NCBI GenBank assembly: GCA_945787785.1
Contig: CALZIO010000003.1
Span: forward strand, 36,045 to 100,044
Direction of reading: 5' to 3'
From: an uncultured Chromatiaceae bacterium
Lineage (GTDB): Bacteria > Pseudomonadota > Gammaproteobacteria > Tenderiales > Tenderiaceae
Length of the DNA stretch: 64,000 nucleotides
Positions 9,674 to 19,893 of the stretch are shown here, piece after piece (position 1 is the stretch's first letter; each line of letters starts with the position of its first letter). Made by a program: the position numbers and the translations under genes. Below the pieces are notes generated by a model, which worked only from the letters and a program-made list of their open reading frames with translations, did not search any database and was not told the DNA's origin.

Positions 9674-10684
9674 ATGAGCAAGACTTATAACATAGCAGTT
9701 GTGGGCTGCGATACGCTGGTCGGTGAGGCTGTTCTGACCCTGTTAGAGGAACGCGAATTTCCAGTTGCTTCCATTCACGTGCTTGCGCATGAGGCTGGTG
9801 GGCGTGTTTCGTTTAAAGAACACCATCTCAGTGTTAAACCGCTGGAAGAGTTTGATTTTGCCCAGGTTGACCTGGCCTTTTTCTGTGTTGATGAATTGCT
9901 GTCCGAGCAATATGTTCCCAAGGCGGCCGAGAGCGGCTGTGTAGTCATTGATGACAGTCCCTGTTTTCGTCTCGAGGACGACGTGCCGCTGGTCGTTGCT
10001 GAGGTCAATCCTGAGACTCTGGCCGGGTACACCCAGCAAAATATAGTTGCCAGTCCTGGTAGCAATGCCACCTTGTTAACCACTGTTCTCAAGCCGTTGA
10101 ATGATGTTGCAGGTATTGTCCGCATCAACGCAGTTACGTTACAGGCCGTGTCAGGCAAGGATAAAGCGGGTGTGGAGGAGCTGGCTAAACAGGCGGCCGC
10201 TATGTTTAATATGAAGCCTATTGAAAGTAATGTTTTTAATAAGCAAATTGCTTTCAACCTATTGCCACAAATCGGCGCTATTCTGGATGACGGTTACAGC
10301 ATGGAAGAGGCAAAGCTGGCGTGGGAGTCCGCCAAGATTCTTTCCAACGATGACTTGCTGCTAAATGCCACCTGTGTTCGTGCGCCGGTATTTCATGGTC
10401 ATGCAATGGTTGTAAATTTTGAAACAATAAAAGCGCTAGAGCTGGATCAAGTGTATGATTTGTTGGAAAAAGCTCCGGCTGTCAGTCTCATGAGAGATGA
10501 TGAATACCCTACTGCTGTGACAGATGCAATTGGCGAGGATGCCATTTTTGTGGGTCGTTTACGTAAAGATATTACCCGCGAAAGAAGTTTAGATTTGTGG
10601 ATGGTCGCCGATAACGTACGCAAGGGTTCTGCTTTAAATTGTATTCAGATAGCAGAAATTTTGATAAAAGAGTATCTGAACTAA
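9674..10684 (+). CDS. usg: Asd paralog (USG-1-like, short-type semialdehyde dehydrogenase fold) lacking the nucleophile cysteine
   Basis: Colinear with short-type Asd/Usg: IAVVG..TLVGEA, LVVAEVNPE, QAVSG, VRAPVFHGHA, VADNVRKGSA. The NPNCST active-site motif reads SPGSNAT here. It sits between asd and fimV, as in Pseudomonas. Confidence 0.85.
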   Translation: MSKTYNIAVVGCDTLVGEAVLTLLEEREFPVASIHVLAHEAGGRVSFKEHHLSVKPLEEFDFAQVDLAFFCVDELLSEQYVPKAAESGCVVIDDSPCFRLEDDVPLVVAEVNPETLAGYTQQNIVASPGSNATLLTTVLKPLNDVAGIVRINAVTLQAVSGKDKAGVEELAKQAAAMFNMKPIESNVFNKQIAFNLLPQIGAILDDGYSMEEAKLAWESAKILSNDDLLLNATCVRAPVFHGHAMVVNFETIKALELDQVYDLLEKAPAVSLMRDDEYPTAVTDAIGEDAIFVGRLRKDITRERSLDLWMVADNVRKGSALNCIQIAEILIKEYLN

Positions 10685-10833
10685 GTATCAAAGGATTTGA
10701 AGGTTAGTTTTTTTCTTGCCAATCGCCACTTTTATGGCGTAGTTCAAAAAAATAGCTAAATATTCAAAAAAACTGAACGATAGCCGTTATATATGAAGGC
10801 TGGATGTGAAGTCGGGATGAAAAAATCGGGATC

Positions 10834-13800
10834 GTGACATTGAGTAAGGGATTCAAAAAACGTCGGTTAGCATTAGCATTGAGCGCATGCTTGATGGCTT
10901 CATCAAGCCTGGTCCATGCACTGGGTATGGGGGAAATTGAAGTTAATACTTCCCTGAATCAGCGTCTGGGTGCGAAGATCAAGCTATTTTCTGCTACATC
11001 TAACGAATTAAACAGTTTAAAAGTTCAAATGGCATCCAAGGATGCCTTCAGCCGTTTGGGAATTGACCGGCTGCCTATTCTGCTTGATCTTGATTTTGAG
11101 CTGGTGAGTACAGGTGCCGGTGCGCCATATATTAAGGTGTCTTCTAGTCAACCAGTTAAAGAACCGTTTCTGGATTTTATCCTAACGATTAATTGGGCCA
11201 GTGGGCAGATGATGCGTGAATACACGTTGCTGCTTGATCCCCCAGTATTTGAAAAAGATCAACAAGTAGGCCGAATCAGTGCCGCCACAACCCAGCCAGC
11301 TCAAGTTGTAAGAGAGCCAGCTGCGGCGCCAACCGCCACGGCGCAACCGCGTGTCACTGCACCGGGAAGTTATGGTCCTACGACTCGTAAAGACACTCTC
11401 TGGGCCGTAGCGCAGGATATGCGCCCTGACCGGTCTGTGAGCGTTCCGCAAATGATGATTGGTTTGCTGAAGGAAAATCCTGAAGCATTCGACAATAGCA
11501 ATATCAATAGCCTCAAGGCTGGCTATGTACTGCGTCAGCCTGAGATGGAAGTCATTACCGAATTAAGCAAGCGTCAGGCGGCGGCTGAATCAAATCGCCA
11601 GTACCAGAAGTGGTTGGGTTCAAAAGGCAAGGGATCAGCGGTGTCAGGACGCCAACAGCGTGTTGCAAGCGCCCCTGCAGCAGCTCCAGAAAGTGCTAGC
11701 AAAGCTGCTCCAGCACCGGTAGCACCAAAAGCACAAACTGAAGCTCGGCTTCAGTTGCTAAGTCCTGATGAAGAGGCGCGTATACGTTCAGGCGTTGGTT
11801 CGGGTACCTCGGGTGAGTCGACTGACGCACTGAGGCGTGAACTTGCTATGGCACAAGAGTCAGCAGAAGCATCGCGCCAGGAAAATGCAGATTTACGCTC
11901 GCGCTTGGATGAGTTGGAGAAACAATTACAATCTGTCCAAAAACTGCTGACACTCAAAGACGATAGCCTCGGTATATTACAAGCTGATACCCAAAGTGAT
12001 GCGCAAGCGGAAACACCCGTCGCTGAAGAACAGCCCCAGACGACTGAGCAAGCTGCGCCAGCTGTAGCGAAAAAGCCTGCTGTGCAGCCTGAGCCGGTTC
12101 AAACCAGTTTGGTTGATGAGATTCTGGCTAATCCGATGTACATGGCTGCTGGCGGTGGTGTAATCGTCTTGTTGTTGCTGGTGGCTATGATGATGCGCCG
12201 TCGTGGTCAGGCCGATGAAGAAGATTTTACCGTTATGACACCTGTAGTGCAGTCTGCTGAACCCAAAGCAGATGCTGGTGTTGCGGCGACTACTACAAGC
12301 GCTGCTGAACTTGTTGAGGAAACAGCTGCAAGCACAGAAGAGCCTACTGAACACATAGAGGATGATATTTCTGCTATCGGCGATTTTGGTTCAGGAATGG
12401 GGGCTATTCAAGCTGAAGAAAGTGAAATTGATCCGGTTGCAGAGGCAGACGTTTATCTTGCTTACCGTCGTTATGAACAGGCCGAAGCTTTACTGAAAGA
12501 GGCTATTGCTGCGGATCCTGCGCGCCATGAGTTGAAACTGAAACTTTTAGAAATTTACCATGCTACGAAAGATACAGACTCATTCGAGGCTCAGGCGGAA
12601 TCGCTCTATGCAGCGCTCGACGGACAAGACGAGCAGTTATGGGTGCAGGCAGTACAAATGGGACGTGAGTTGCTGCCGGACCATCCGCTCTTTTCCGAGG
12701 GAGCTGTTTCAGATTTAGGTAATATCGCTGACGCTGAATCAAGCTTTGAATCTGAAGAAGTTGGTCACGATCTTGGTGAAGAGTTTAATTTTGATGCTGA
12801 CCAGTCTGTTTCAGAAGAGATTTCAGAGCTTAGTGATGATGCGTTGGCTGGAAGTTTGAACATGTCTGGTTTGGGTGTGGATGCTGAATCTACTGCGATG
12901 ACAGAAGCGGTGGAAGATTTGGCTGGTCAAGAAGATGAGCTGGATATGTCTCTTGATGATCTTGGTGGTCTCGATTTTGACCTGGATTTGGAATCAGAAA
13001 AAGAGCTTGGTGTTGGTGCGGATGACACCGAGGTGACAGATACAGATATCTCCCTGGATGATCTCGATCTTGGTAGTGATGATTTGGCTGATTTTCTCAG
13101 TGATGATGAGTCTAAGGCTGACAATGCATTAGAGGATCTGGCTGATTCACTTGAAGGTAATGACGAAATTGATCTTAGCGCTGAGCTGGATATTTTCTCG
13201 GCAGAAGAAGGCGCGAATAAAGATGAATTGACTGATTTGGCTGATGTTCAGGAAGAATCATTAGCGTCGCTCGAAGGGATCGCTGATGTTGATTCTATTG
13301 ATACAAATACCACTGCTGAGGCTGAGTCTTTTCTTACTGAAGATGATGAGTATTTAAGTAACGCAGAATCAGCCGATGTCGATTTGGACTCACTAACAGC
13401 GGAAGAAAGTGGATCAGGGGATGAGGAGGCCATCTATCAAGCGAAAGATGTGGAGGGTGAGACTGATGGTCTGCTGGACGCGGCCAGGAAACACGAATCT
13501 GACATCGATAATGTAATTGAGCTGGATACGGGTACTTTCGCTGAATCTGGTGAGTCTGATGATCTGAAGGCAGACTTAGAGGTTGAAGAGGAGCCCATTA
13601 CCGAATCAGCCGTGGAAGAAACTATTGATCCGTTGGCCGATATTGCAAATTTAGGTGAAATGGATTTTAGTGAATTGTCTGATGAGGACAATGACGATAT
13701 TTTCGATAGCTCGGATGATATGGTTGGAACCAAACTGGATTTAGCCAAAGCTTACATCGACATGGGTGATCAGGATGGTGCCCGTTCGATCCTAGGTGAG

Positions 13801-13866
13801 GTCGTCGAAGAGGGTGATGACGATCAGCGCGAAGAGGCTGCGCAGTTAATGCAACAAATTTCATAG
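10834..13866 (+). CDS. fimV: FimV/HubP-family peptidoglycan-binding polar organiser protein
   Basis: GTG start and a signal peptide. N-terminal FimV motif ALGMGEIEVNTSLNQRLGAKIKL. LysM-like segment at aa 178-236 (YGPTTRKDTLWAVAQ...LKAGYVLRQP). Coiled coil, one TM helix (MYMAAGGGVIVLLLLVAMMM), a very acidic C-terminal half, and the terminal FimV motif GTKLDLAKAYIDMGDQDGARSILGEVV. The asd-usg-fimV synteny also supports the call. Confidence 0.85.
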   Translation: MTLSKGFKKRRLALALSACLMASSSLVHALGMGEIEVNTSLNQRLGAKIKLFSATSNELNSLKVQMASKDAFSRLGIDRLPILLDLDFELVSTGAGAPYIKVSSSQPVKEPFLDFILTINWASGQMMREYTLLLDPPVFEKDQQVGRISAATTQPAQVVREPAAAPTATAQPRVTAPGSYGPTTRKDTLWAVAQDMRPDRSVSVPQMMIGLLKENPEAFDNSNINSLKAGYVLRQPEMEVITELSKRQAAAESNRQYQKWLGSKGKGSAVSGRQQRVASAPAAAPESASKAAPAPVAPKAQTEARLQLLSPDEEARIRSGVGSGTSGESTDALRRELAMAQESAEASRQENADLRSRLDELEKQLQSVQKLLTLKDDSLGILQADTQSDAQAETPVAEEQPQTTEQAAPAVAKKPAVQPEPVQTSLVDEILANPMYMAAGGGVIVLLLLVAMMMRRRGQADEEDFTVMTPVVQSAEPKADAGVAATTTSAAELVEETAASTEEPTEHIEDDISAIGDFGSGMGAIQAEESEIDPVAEADVYLAYRRYEQAEALLKEAIAADPARHELKLKLLEIYHATKDTDSFEAQAESLYAALDGQDEQLWVQAVQMGRELLPDHPLFSEGAVSDLGNIADAESSFESEEVGHDLGEEFNFDADQSVSEEISELSDDALAGSLNMSGLGVDAESTAMTEAVEDLAGQEDELDMSLDDLGGLDFDLDLESEKELGVGADDTEVTDTDISLDDLDLGSDDLADFLSDDESKADNALEDLADSLEGNDEIDLSAELDIFSAEEGANKDELTDLADVQEESLASLEGIADVDSIDTNTTAEAESFLTEDDEYLSNAESADVDLDSLTAEESGSGDEEAIYQAKDVEGETDGLLDAARKHESDIDNVIELDTGTFAESGESDDLKADLEVEEEPITESAVEETIDPLADIANLGEMDFSELSDEDNDDIFDSSDDMVGTKLDLAKAYIDMGDQDGARSILGEVVEEGDDDQREEAAQLMQQIS

Positions 13867-13883
13867 CCTAAAACTTCATAATT

Positions 13884-14600
13884 ATGACTAACAAAACCGG
13901 ATGGTACAGCAATGTGCATCCGGTTTTGCGCATTTTATGCTTTATTGTTTTTAGCCTGTTTCTTGCCTTTGGTGATCTTGGTCAGCAGGGGCTGGCTGCT
14001 CTCTTGGTTGCATTGCTATATATAACTACAGGTAGTCAAAGCCTTTCAGGGCTGTGGCCAACACTGCGTCGTATGCGCTGGTTTCTACTCTCGATTTTTT
14101 TCATTTATGCTTGGTTAACGCCAGGACCGGCGCTATTTGCCGAGCTGCAGTTCTCTTCATGGATGCCAACTACAACCGGCTTGGTCCAAGGTGGGCAACG
14201 CATGCTGGCATTGATTTTGATAATTGCATCAGTGCATTGGCTGTTGTTTGTGACGCCGCGTAATGCCTTGGTGTCGGCGCTGTATTGGTTGGCAGCACCA
14301 CTTCAGTTGCTGGGTATTTCACGCCAGCGTTTTGCTGTGCGGATGTCGCTAATCCTTACTTATGTGATGAACGTGCAAACCTTGGTCGGAGACCAGGTGA
14401 AACAGACCGGTGTTAGTAAAGGTGATGTCAAAGCTTACGCCAGTGTCGCTGCGGGATTGGTAGAAGAGGTTATTTCCCGGGCAGAACAGACTCCTTGCGA
14501 GGAAATTGAAATCAACCTTGGCAATAAACCCGCTGCATGGCAGTGGGCTTGGCTGTTGTTGTTGACAGTAATGATGCTTTTGGCCGGTGAATTGGTATAA
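13884..14600 (+). CDS. Polytopic membrane protein resembling the EcfT/CbiQ transmembrane component; no partner ATPase or S component is nearby
   Basis: Five or six hydrophobic helices. VHPVLRILCFIVFSLFLAF resembles the N-terminal hP..K/R motif. ...TPRNALVSALYWLAAPLQLLGISRQRFAVRMSLILTYV resembles the EcfT coupling-helix region. This is pattern memory only. Confidence 0.4.
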   Translation: MTNKTGWYSNVHPVLRILCFIVFSLFLAFGDLGQQGLAALLVALLYITTGSQSLSGLWPTLRRMRWFLLSIFFIYAWLTPGPALFAELQFSSWMPTTTGLVQGGQRMLALILIIASVHWLLFVTPRNALVSALYWLAAPLQLLGISRQRFAVRMSLILTYVMNVQTLVGDQVKQTGVSKGDVKAYASVAAGLVEEVISRAEQTPCEEIEINLGNKPAAWQWAWLLLLTVMMLLAGELV

Positions 14601-14603
14601 AAC

Positions 14604-16787
14604 CTAACTAACTTTGCGTAGCACCAGCGCGGCGAGCGGTGGTAGGGTGACAACAATTGAGTGATTTTGATTCATCCATGCCTGGGAGTCGCTGGATATT
14701 TTATAAGGATTTCCCATGTTGCTACCGCCGTAATATTCTGAATCAGTATTCATTATTTCCTCGTAGATTCCTTCAAACGGTACACCGAGCCGGTATCCTT
14801 CCCGTGGGTTAGGTGTGAAGTTGAGTACTACAATGATAATGTCGTCTCCATCGCGGCGCATGTAACTCAATACAGACTGTGCTGCGTCGTTGCAATCCAC
14901 CCACTCAAAGCCTTGGCTTTCAAAATCGAAGCGATGCATTGCCGAAGTTTTGCAGTATAGCTGGTTCAGGTCGCTGATCAGCTTCTTGATGCCCTGATGA
15001 TTGGGATAGTCGAGTGCATGCCAGTCGAGAGGGGCATTACAGTTCCACTCTTGCCCTTGGCCAAATTCACAGCCCATGAACAACAGTTTTTTACCGGGAT
15101 GGGTAAACATATAGCAATAAAGCAGTCGCAGATTGGCGAAGCGTTGCCATTCGTCACCAGGCATTTTATTGAGCATGGAGCCCTTGCCATGCACGACTTC
15201 ATCATGTGAGAAGGGCAGAATAAAGTTTTCTGTGAATGCATATAACAGACTAAAGGTTAGCATGCCATGATGGTAGTGGCGGTAGATTGGATCCTTGCTG
15301 ATATATTCCAGTGTGTCATTCATCCAGCCCATATTCCACTTCATGCTATAACCCAGACCGCCGAGATAGATGGGGCGGGACACCATTGGCCATGAGGTAG
15401 ATTCTTCCGCCATAATCAGGCTGCCAGGGTGTTGCTCGTGGGTAACTTCATTGAGCTGACGTATGAACTGAATTGCATCCAGGTTTTCATTGCCGCCATA
15501 TTTGTTTGGAATCCACTCACCTTCTTCGCGTGAATAGTCGAGATAGAGCATTGAGGCAACAGCGTCAACGCGCAGCCCGTCAAGATGAAACTCTTCCAGC
15601 CAGTAGAGTGCGCTGGAAAACAGAAAATTGCGCACTTCATTTCTGCCATAGTTAAAAATTAATGTTCCCCAGTCTTTATGTTCACCCATGCGTGGGTCTT
15701 CATGTTCATAGAGAGCACTGCCATCAAATTGGGCTAAGGCGAACGCATCTTTGGGGAAATGGCCGGGGGCCCAATCAAGCATTACTCCGATGCCGTTGGC
15801 ATGACAGTAGTCAACAAAATAGCGAAAATCATCCGGTGCGCCAAAGCGACTGGTTGGGGCGTAATAGCCGGTGGTTTGATATCCCCAGGAGCCGTCAAAA
15901 GGGTGCTCGGTGATCGGCATCAACTCGATATGGGTGAAGCCTAACTCCTTAACATAGTCGACCAGCTGGACGGCAAGCTCGCGGTAGGTGAGGAAATTGC
16001 CTTGCTCATCAAGTTGCCATGAGCCCAGATGAACTTCGTAGATAGACATGGGGTCGTGTAGCCAGTCGCTTTTCTGGCGATGTTCCATCCAGGCCTCGTC
16101 ATTCCACTGATACTCGCTGTCAGCAGTGACGATTGAGGCAGTGCCAGGACGGAGTTCAAAATGGCGGCCATAGGGATCTGTTTTTAGCAAAATCTGACCG
16201 CCAATGCGGGAGCGAATTTCAAATTTATACAGGGTGTCGGCGCTGAGTTCGGGGATGAACAGCTCCCAGATTCCTGTGCTGCCACGCACTCGCATCGGAT
16301 GGCAACGTCCATCCCAATTGTTGAAGTCGCCAACAACACTAATTCGTTCGGCATTGGGTGCCCAGGTTGCAAACACAACACCTTCGACGCCGTCTACTTC
16401 AAGCGGCCGTGCCCCTAAAACGTGATAGGCATGCCAGTGTTTGCCCTCACCAAACAGGTGTAAATCGTACTCGGACAGAACCGGTTCAAAACTGTACGGA
16501 TCATGCATGATATGGGTCTGTTGTTGCTCATCCGTCCAGGCAAGACGATAATGTTTGGGCAGGTCATTTGTTTTTCCAGACCATTGAAAAAGATCCGTTT
16601 TGCCTATGCGTTCAAGTTGAATCTTGGTATCGACGATGCGTACTTCTTTAGCTCTAGGCATGAACGCGCGAATCACTTCTCCATCGCCGTGAGGATGGCG
16701 GCCCAATACTGAAAATGGATCATGATGATTTGCATCGAGAATTCGTTGCAGTTCAGGACTGATTTTTTTCATTTTCTTGGTGGCCAT
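14604..16787 (-). CDS. glgB: 1,4-alpha-glucan branching enzyme (GH13)
   Basis: 727 aa. GH13 regions present: [42 protein letters not shown]. Confidence 0.97.
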   Translation of the reverse strand: MATKKMKKISPELQRILDANHHDPFSVLGRHPHGDGEVIRAFMPRAKEVRIVDTKIQLERIGKTDLFQWSGKTNDLPKHYRLAWTDEQQQTHIMHDPYSFEPVLSEYDLHLFGEGKHWHAYHVLGARPLEVDGVEGVVFATWAPNAERISVVGDFNNWDGRCHPMRVRGSTGIWELFIPELSADTLYKFEIRSRIGGQILLKTDPYGRHFELRPGTASIVTADSEYQWNDEAWMEHRQKSDWLHDPMSIYEVHLGSWQLDEQGNFLTYRELAVQLVDYVKELGFTHIELMPITEHPFDGSWGYQTTGYYAPTSRFGAPDDFRYFVDYCHANGIGVMLDWAPGHFPKDAFALAQFDGSALYEHEDPRMGEHKDWGTLIFNYGRNEVRNFLFSSALYWLEEFHLDGLRVDAVASMLYLDYSREEGEWIPNKYGGNENLDAIQFIRQLNEVTHEQHPGSLIMAEESTSWPMVSRPIYLGGLGYSMKWNMGWMNDTLEYISKDPIYRHYHHGMLTFSLLYAFTENFILPFSHDEVVHGKGSMLNKMPGDEWQRFANLRLLYCYMFTHPGKKLLFMGCEFGQGQEWNCNAPLDWHALDYPNHQGIKKLISDLNQLYCKTSAMHRFDFESQGFEWVDCNDAAQSVLSYMRRDGDDIIIVVLNFTPNPREGYRLGVPFEGIYEEIMNTDSEYYGGSNMGNPYKISSDSQAWMNQNHSIVVTLPPLAALVLRKVS

Positions 16788-16925
16788 TTTGATTTATCGT
16801 CGTTATTGTATTTGATTGATGATAACATAGCATAATCGCTTCGATTGCAGAGGGGAACTGTAATCAGGCTGCAATGACAGCAGTTTCGAAGTGATTCACA
16901 AGCGACAATAAATAGGGGTGGAGAT

Positions 16926-18191
16926 ATGTCTAAAGACGACGCACGTTTTGTCAGCCGATTAACTCGCGACACGCTCGCCCTCATCCTTGCTGGAGGGCGT
17001 GGTTCTCGACTAAAACAGTTAACTACTTGGCGAGTTAAACCGGCGGTACCATTTGGAGGGAAATTCAGAATCATTGATTTTCCGCTTTCTAATTGCATAA
17101 ATTCCGGTATTCGCCGTATCGGGGTTCTTACCCAATATAAATCTCATTCGCTGATAGGGCACATCCAACAGGGTTGGGGTTATTTTCGTGGCGAATTCGG
17201 TGAGTTTATCGAACTTCTGCCCGCACAACAGCGAATCCAAGAGGCATGGTATTCAGGTACTGCAGATGCCGTCTATCAGAACATCGATATTATCCGTGCA
17301 CACAATCCTGAATACGTGTTGTTACTTGCAGGTGACCATATCTATAAAATGGACTATGGCCCGATGCTGGCTCATCATGCTGCGAATAATGCTGATATGA
17401 CCATCGGTTGTCTTGAAGTGCCACTGGAACAGGCCAAGGCGTTTGGCGTGATGAGTGTGGATACCGAAGGCCGCATATTGGGGTTTAGCGAAAAGCCGGA
17501 CGATCCTCAGCCTGTGCCCGGTCAAGATGATGTCGCTCTGGCATCAATGGGTATCTATATTTTTAATACCCGTTTTCTTTATGAACAACTAATCCGAGAT
17601 GCAGATAACCCAGGATCCAGTCACGATTTTGGTAAAGACATCATTCCAGCGGTGATTGATAATTATCGAGTATTTTCATATTCATTTAGGGATCTGGAAT
17701 CAGACCTGCAGGGCTATTGGCGTGATGTGGGGACAGTTGATGCTTTTTGGTCGACTAATTTGGAGTTGATTGGAGTAACTCCTGAGTTGAATCTTTATGA
17801 TCGTGAATGGCCAATCTGGACTTACCAGGAACAATTGCCACCGGCTAAATTTGTATTTGATGATGAAGGCCGCCGTGGTCAGGCAATCGATTCAATGGTC
17901 TCTGGGGGCTGTTTGATCTCCGGTGGTACAGTGCGCCGTTCCTTGTTGTTCTCAAATGTCCGCGTCCATTCTTATTCAGAGATAGAAGAGTCAGTGATCT
18001 TGCCTGACGTGGATATCGGTGAGAACTGTCGTATTCGCAAGGCGATCATTGATAAAGGTTGCAAAATACCTGCTGGCACAGTGATTGGTGAAGATCCCAT
18101 TGCGGATGCTGAACGTTTTCATGTCAGTGAGGGTGGTGTGGTGTTGGTTGTACCGGAGATGTTGGGGCAAGAACTGCACTATGTCCGTTGA
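16926..18191 (+). CDS. glgC: Glucose-1-phosphate adenylyltransferase
   Basis: [41 protein letters not shown]. 421 aa. Divergent from glgB. Confidence 0.97.
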   Translation: MSKDDARFVSRLTRDTLALILAGGRGSRLKQLTTWRVKPAVPFGGKFRIIDFPLSNCINSGIRRIGVLTQYKSHSLIGHIQQGWGYFRGEFGEFIELLPAQQRIQEAWYSGTADAVYQNIDIIRAHNPEYVLLLAGDHIYKMDYGPMLAHHAANNADMTIGCLEVPLEQAKAFGVMSVDTEGRILGFSEKPDDPQPVPGQDDVALASMGIYIFNTRFLYEQLIRDADNPGSSHDFGKDIIPAVIDNYRVFSYSFRDLESDLQGYWRDVGTVDAFWSTNLELIGVTPELNLYDREWPIWTYQEQLPPAKFVFDDEGRRGQAIDSMVSGGCLISGGTVRRSLLFSNVRVHSYSEIEESVILPDVDIGENCRIRKAIIDKGCKIPAGTVIGEDPIADAERFHVSEGGVVLVVPEMLGQELHYVR

Positions 18192-19893
18192 TACCCGTTT
18201 GAAGGTGGTGCTGTGTTGGCATATGCACCAGCCGAACTATTTTGATCCAACTACAAACGAGTACATACTGCCTTGGACCTACTTGCATGCCATTAAAGAT
18301 TATGTCGATATGGCAGCCCATCTTGAAGCAGTGCCTGAGGCCAGGGCAGTGGTCAATTTTGCCCCTATTCTGCTGGAACAGCTTGATGACTATGCCAATC
18401 AGGTAGCTGCCTTTCTGCGCGAAGGCACGGCACTGCAGGATCATCTGTTACTGTCATTAGTTAGTCCAACTCTTCCTGAGGAGCCTGAGCAACGTATTAC
18501 CCTGGTTAAAGCCTGCATGCGCGCTAACGAAGCAACCATTATTCAGCGTTTTGCGGATTATGAGTGTTTGGTTGATATGGCCAAGCGATTAATCAATTCG
18601 CCTGATGAGTGGATGTATATTAACGAGCAGTATATGGCAGACATTGTTACCTGGTATCACCTGGGCTGGATGGGTGAAACAGTGCGGCGCAAAGATCCAA
18701 GGGTTAAGGCATTAATCAAAAAAGGCCGTTGTTTTAGTTTGCATGACCGTCATGAATTAATGGTGGTGATCAACGAACTACTTGGTGGCGTTATCGAACG
18801 CTACCGTCGTTTGGCTGAAAAAGGCCAGCTTGAATTGTCATTTACCCCATACGCCCATCCGATTGTACCTTTACTCCTGGACCTGAAGAGTACGCATGAA
18901 GCAATGCCGGATGCGCCGTTGCCTTTAGCGGATAGTTATCCGGGTGGTGAGGCCCGGGCTGAATGGCATATCGAAAAGGGATTGCAGACCTTTGAGCATT
19001 ACTTCGGTTTTAGGCCGCAAGGTTGTTGGCCATCTGAAGGTTCAATAAGTACGCAAACGCTGAAGCTGCTGGATAAACACGGTATTCGTTGGGCCGCCAG
19101 TGGTGAAAGTGTGCTGCGCAACAGTCTCAAGCTGGAACAAACCCCCGCCGAGTTGCGTGAGCGAGAATCGGTTCATCAGGCTTATTTACCTGAAGGCCGG
19201 AAAATAGCCTGTTTCTTTCGTGATGATGGCTTGTCGGATTCAATAGGGTTTAAATATTCCAACTGGCATGCGGATGATGCGGTCGGTGATTTTATGCATC
19301 ATTTGGAAAACATCGCCGATGTCAGTGTCGATAATCCAGAGACAGTGGTTTCAATTATTCTTGATGGTGAAAACGCGTGGGAATATTTTCCAGATAATGG
19401 TTTTTACTTTCTCAGTGCGCTTTACCAGAAGCTATCCTCTAATCCTAAGTTGCAACTGACAACGTTCTCTGAATGTTTGAATCAATATTCGACTGAGATT
19501 GAACTGCCCCATTTCGTTGCCGGTAGCTGGGTCTATGGCACGTTCTCCACCTGGATTGGTGAGGAGGATAAAAACCGCGGCTGGGATATGTTGGTCGAAG
19601 CCAAGCGGACTTTTGATAGGGTAGTTGCCAGTGGTCGATTGACGGATGAACTGTTAAGCAAAGTTGAGCATCAACTTTCGATTTGCGAAGGCTCTGATTG
19701 GTTTTGGTGGTTTGGTGATTACAATCCATCAGATGCGGTGCGCGATTTTGAACGCCTCTATCGATTGCAATTGGCTACGCTTTATCAAATGCTTGGTGAG
19801 GAACCGCCGGAATATCTATCCCATTCATTTACGCATGGTGGTGGAGATCCTGCAGCAGGTGGTGTCATGCGCCATGGCCAGGAGGTTAGGTGA
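18181..19893 (+). CDS. Glycoside hydrolase family 57 protein (alpha-glucan-active; exact activity unknown)
   Basis: GH57 signature regions: [34 protein letters not shown] (nucleophile Glu region), [10 protein letters not shown] (acid/base Asp region). I moved the start to the ATG at 18181, which overlaps the glgC stop by 11 nt. The 32-codon extension in the track lies inside glgC and looks non-protein-like. Confidence 0.85.
   Translation: MSVDTRLKVVLCWHMHQPNYFDPTTNEYILPWTYLHAIKDYVDMAAHLEAVPEARAVVNFAPILLEQLDDYANQVAAFLREGTALQDHLLLSLVSPTLPEEPEQRITLVKACMRANEATIIQRFADYECLVDMAKRLINSPDEWMYINEQYMADIVTWYHLGWMGETVRRKDPRVKALIKKGRCFSLHDRHELMVVINELLGGVIERYRRLAEKGQLELSFTPYAHPIVPLLLDLKSTHEAMPDAPLPLADSYPGGEARAEWHIEKGLQTFEHYFGFRPQGCWPSEGSISTQTLKLLDKHGIRWAASGESVLRNSLKLEQTPAELRERESVHQAYLPEGRKIACFFRDDGLSDSIGFKYSNWHADDAVGDFMHHLENIADVSVDNPETVVSIILDGENAWEYFPDNGFYFLSALYQKLSSNPKLQLTTFSECLNQYSTEIELPHFVAGSWVYGTFSTWIGEEDKNRGWDMLVEAKRTFDRVVASGRLTDELLSKVEHQLSICEGSDWFWWFGDYNPSDAVRDFERLYRLQLATLYQMLGEEPPEYLSHSFTHGGGDPAAGGVMRHGQEVR

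Noticed and set aside
18085-18180. 32-codon N-terminal extension of the GH57 ORF
   Set aside because: It lies wholly inside glgC in another frame and its sequence ([14 protein letters not shown]) is not protein-like. The conserved GH57 N-terminus begins right after the ATG at 18181.
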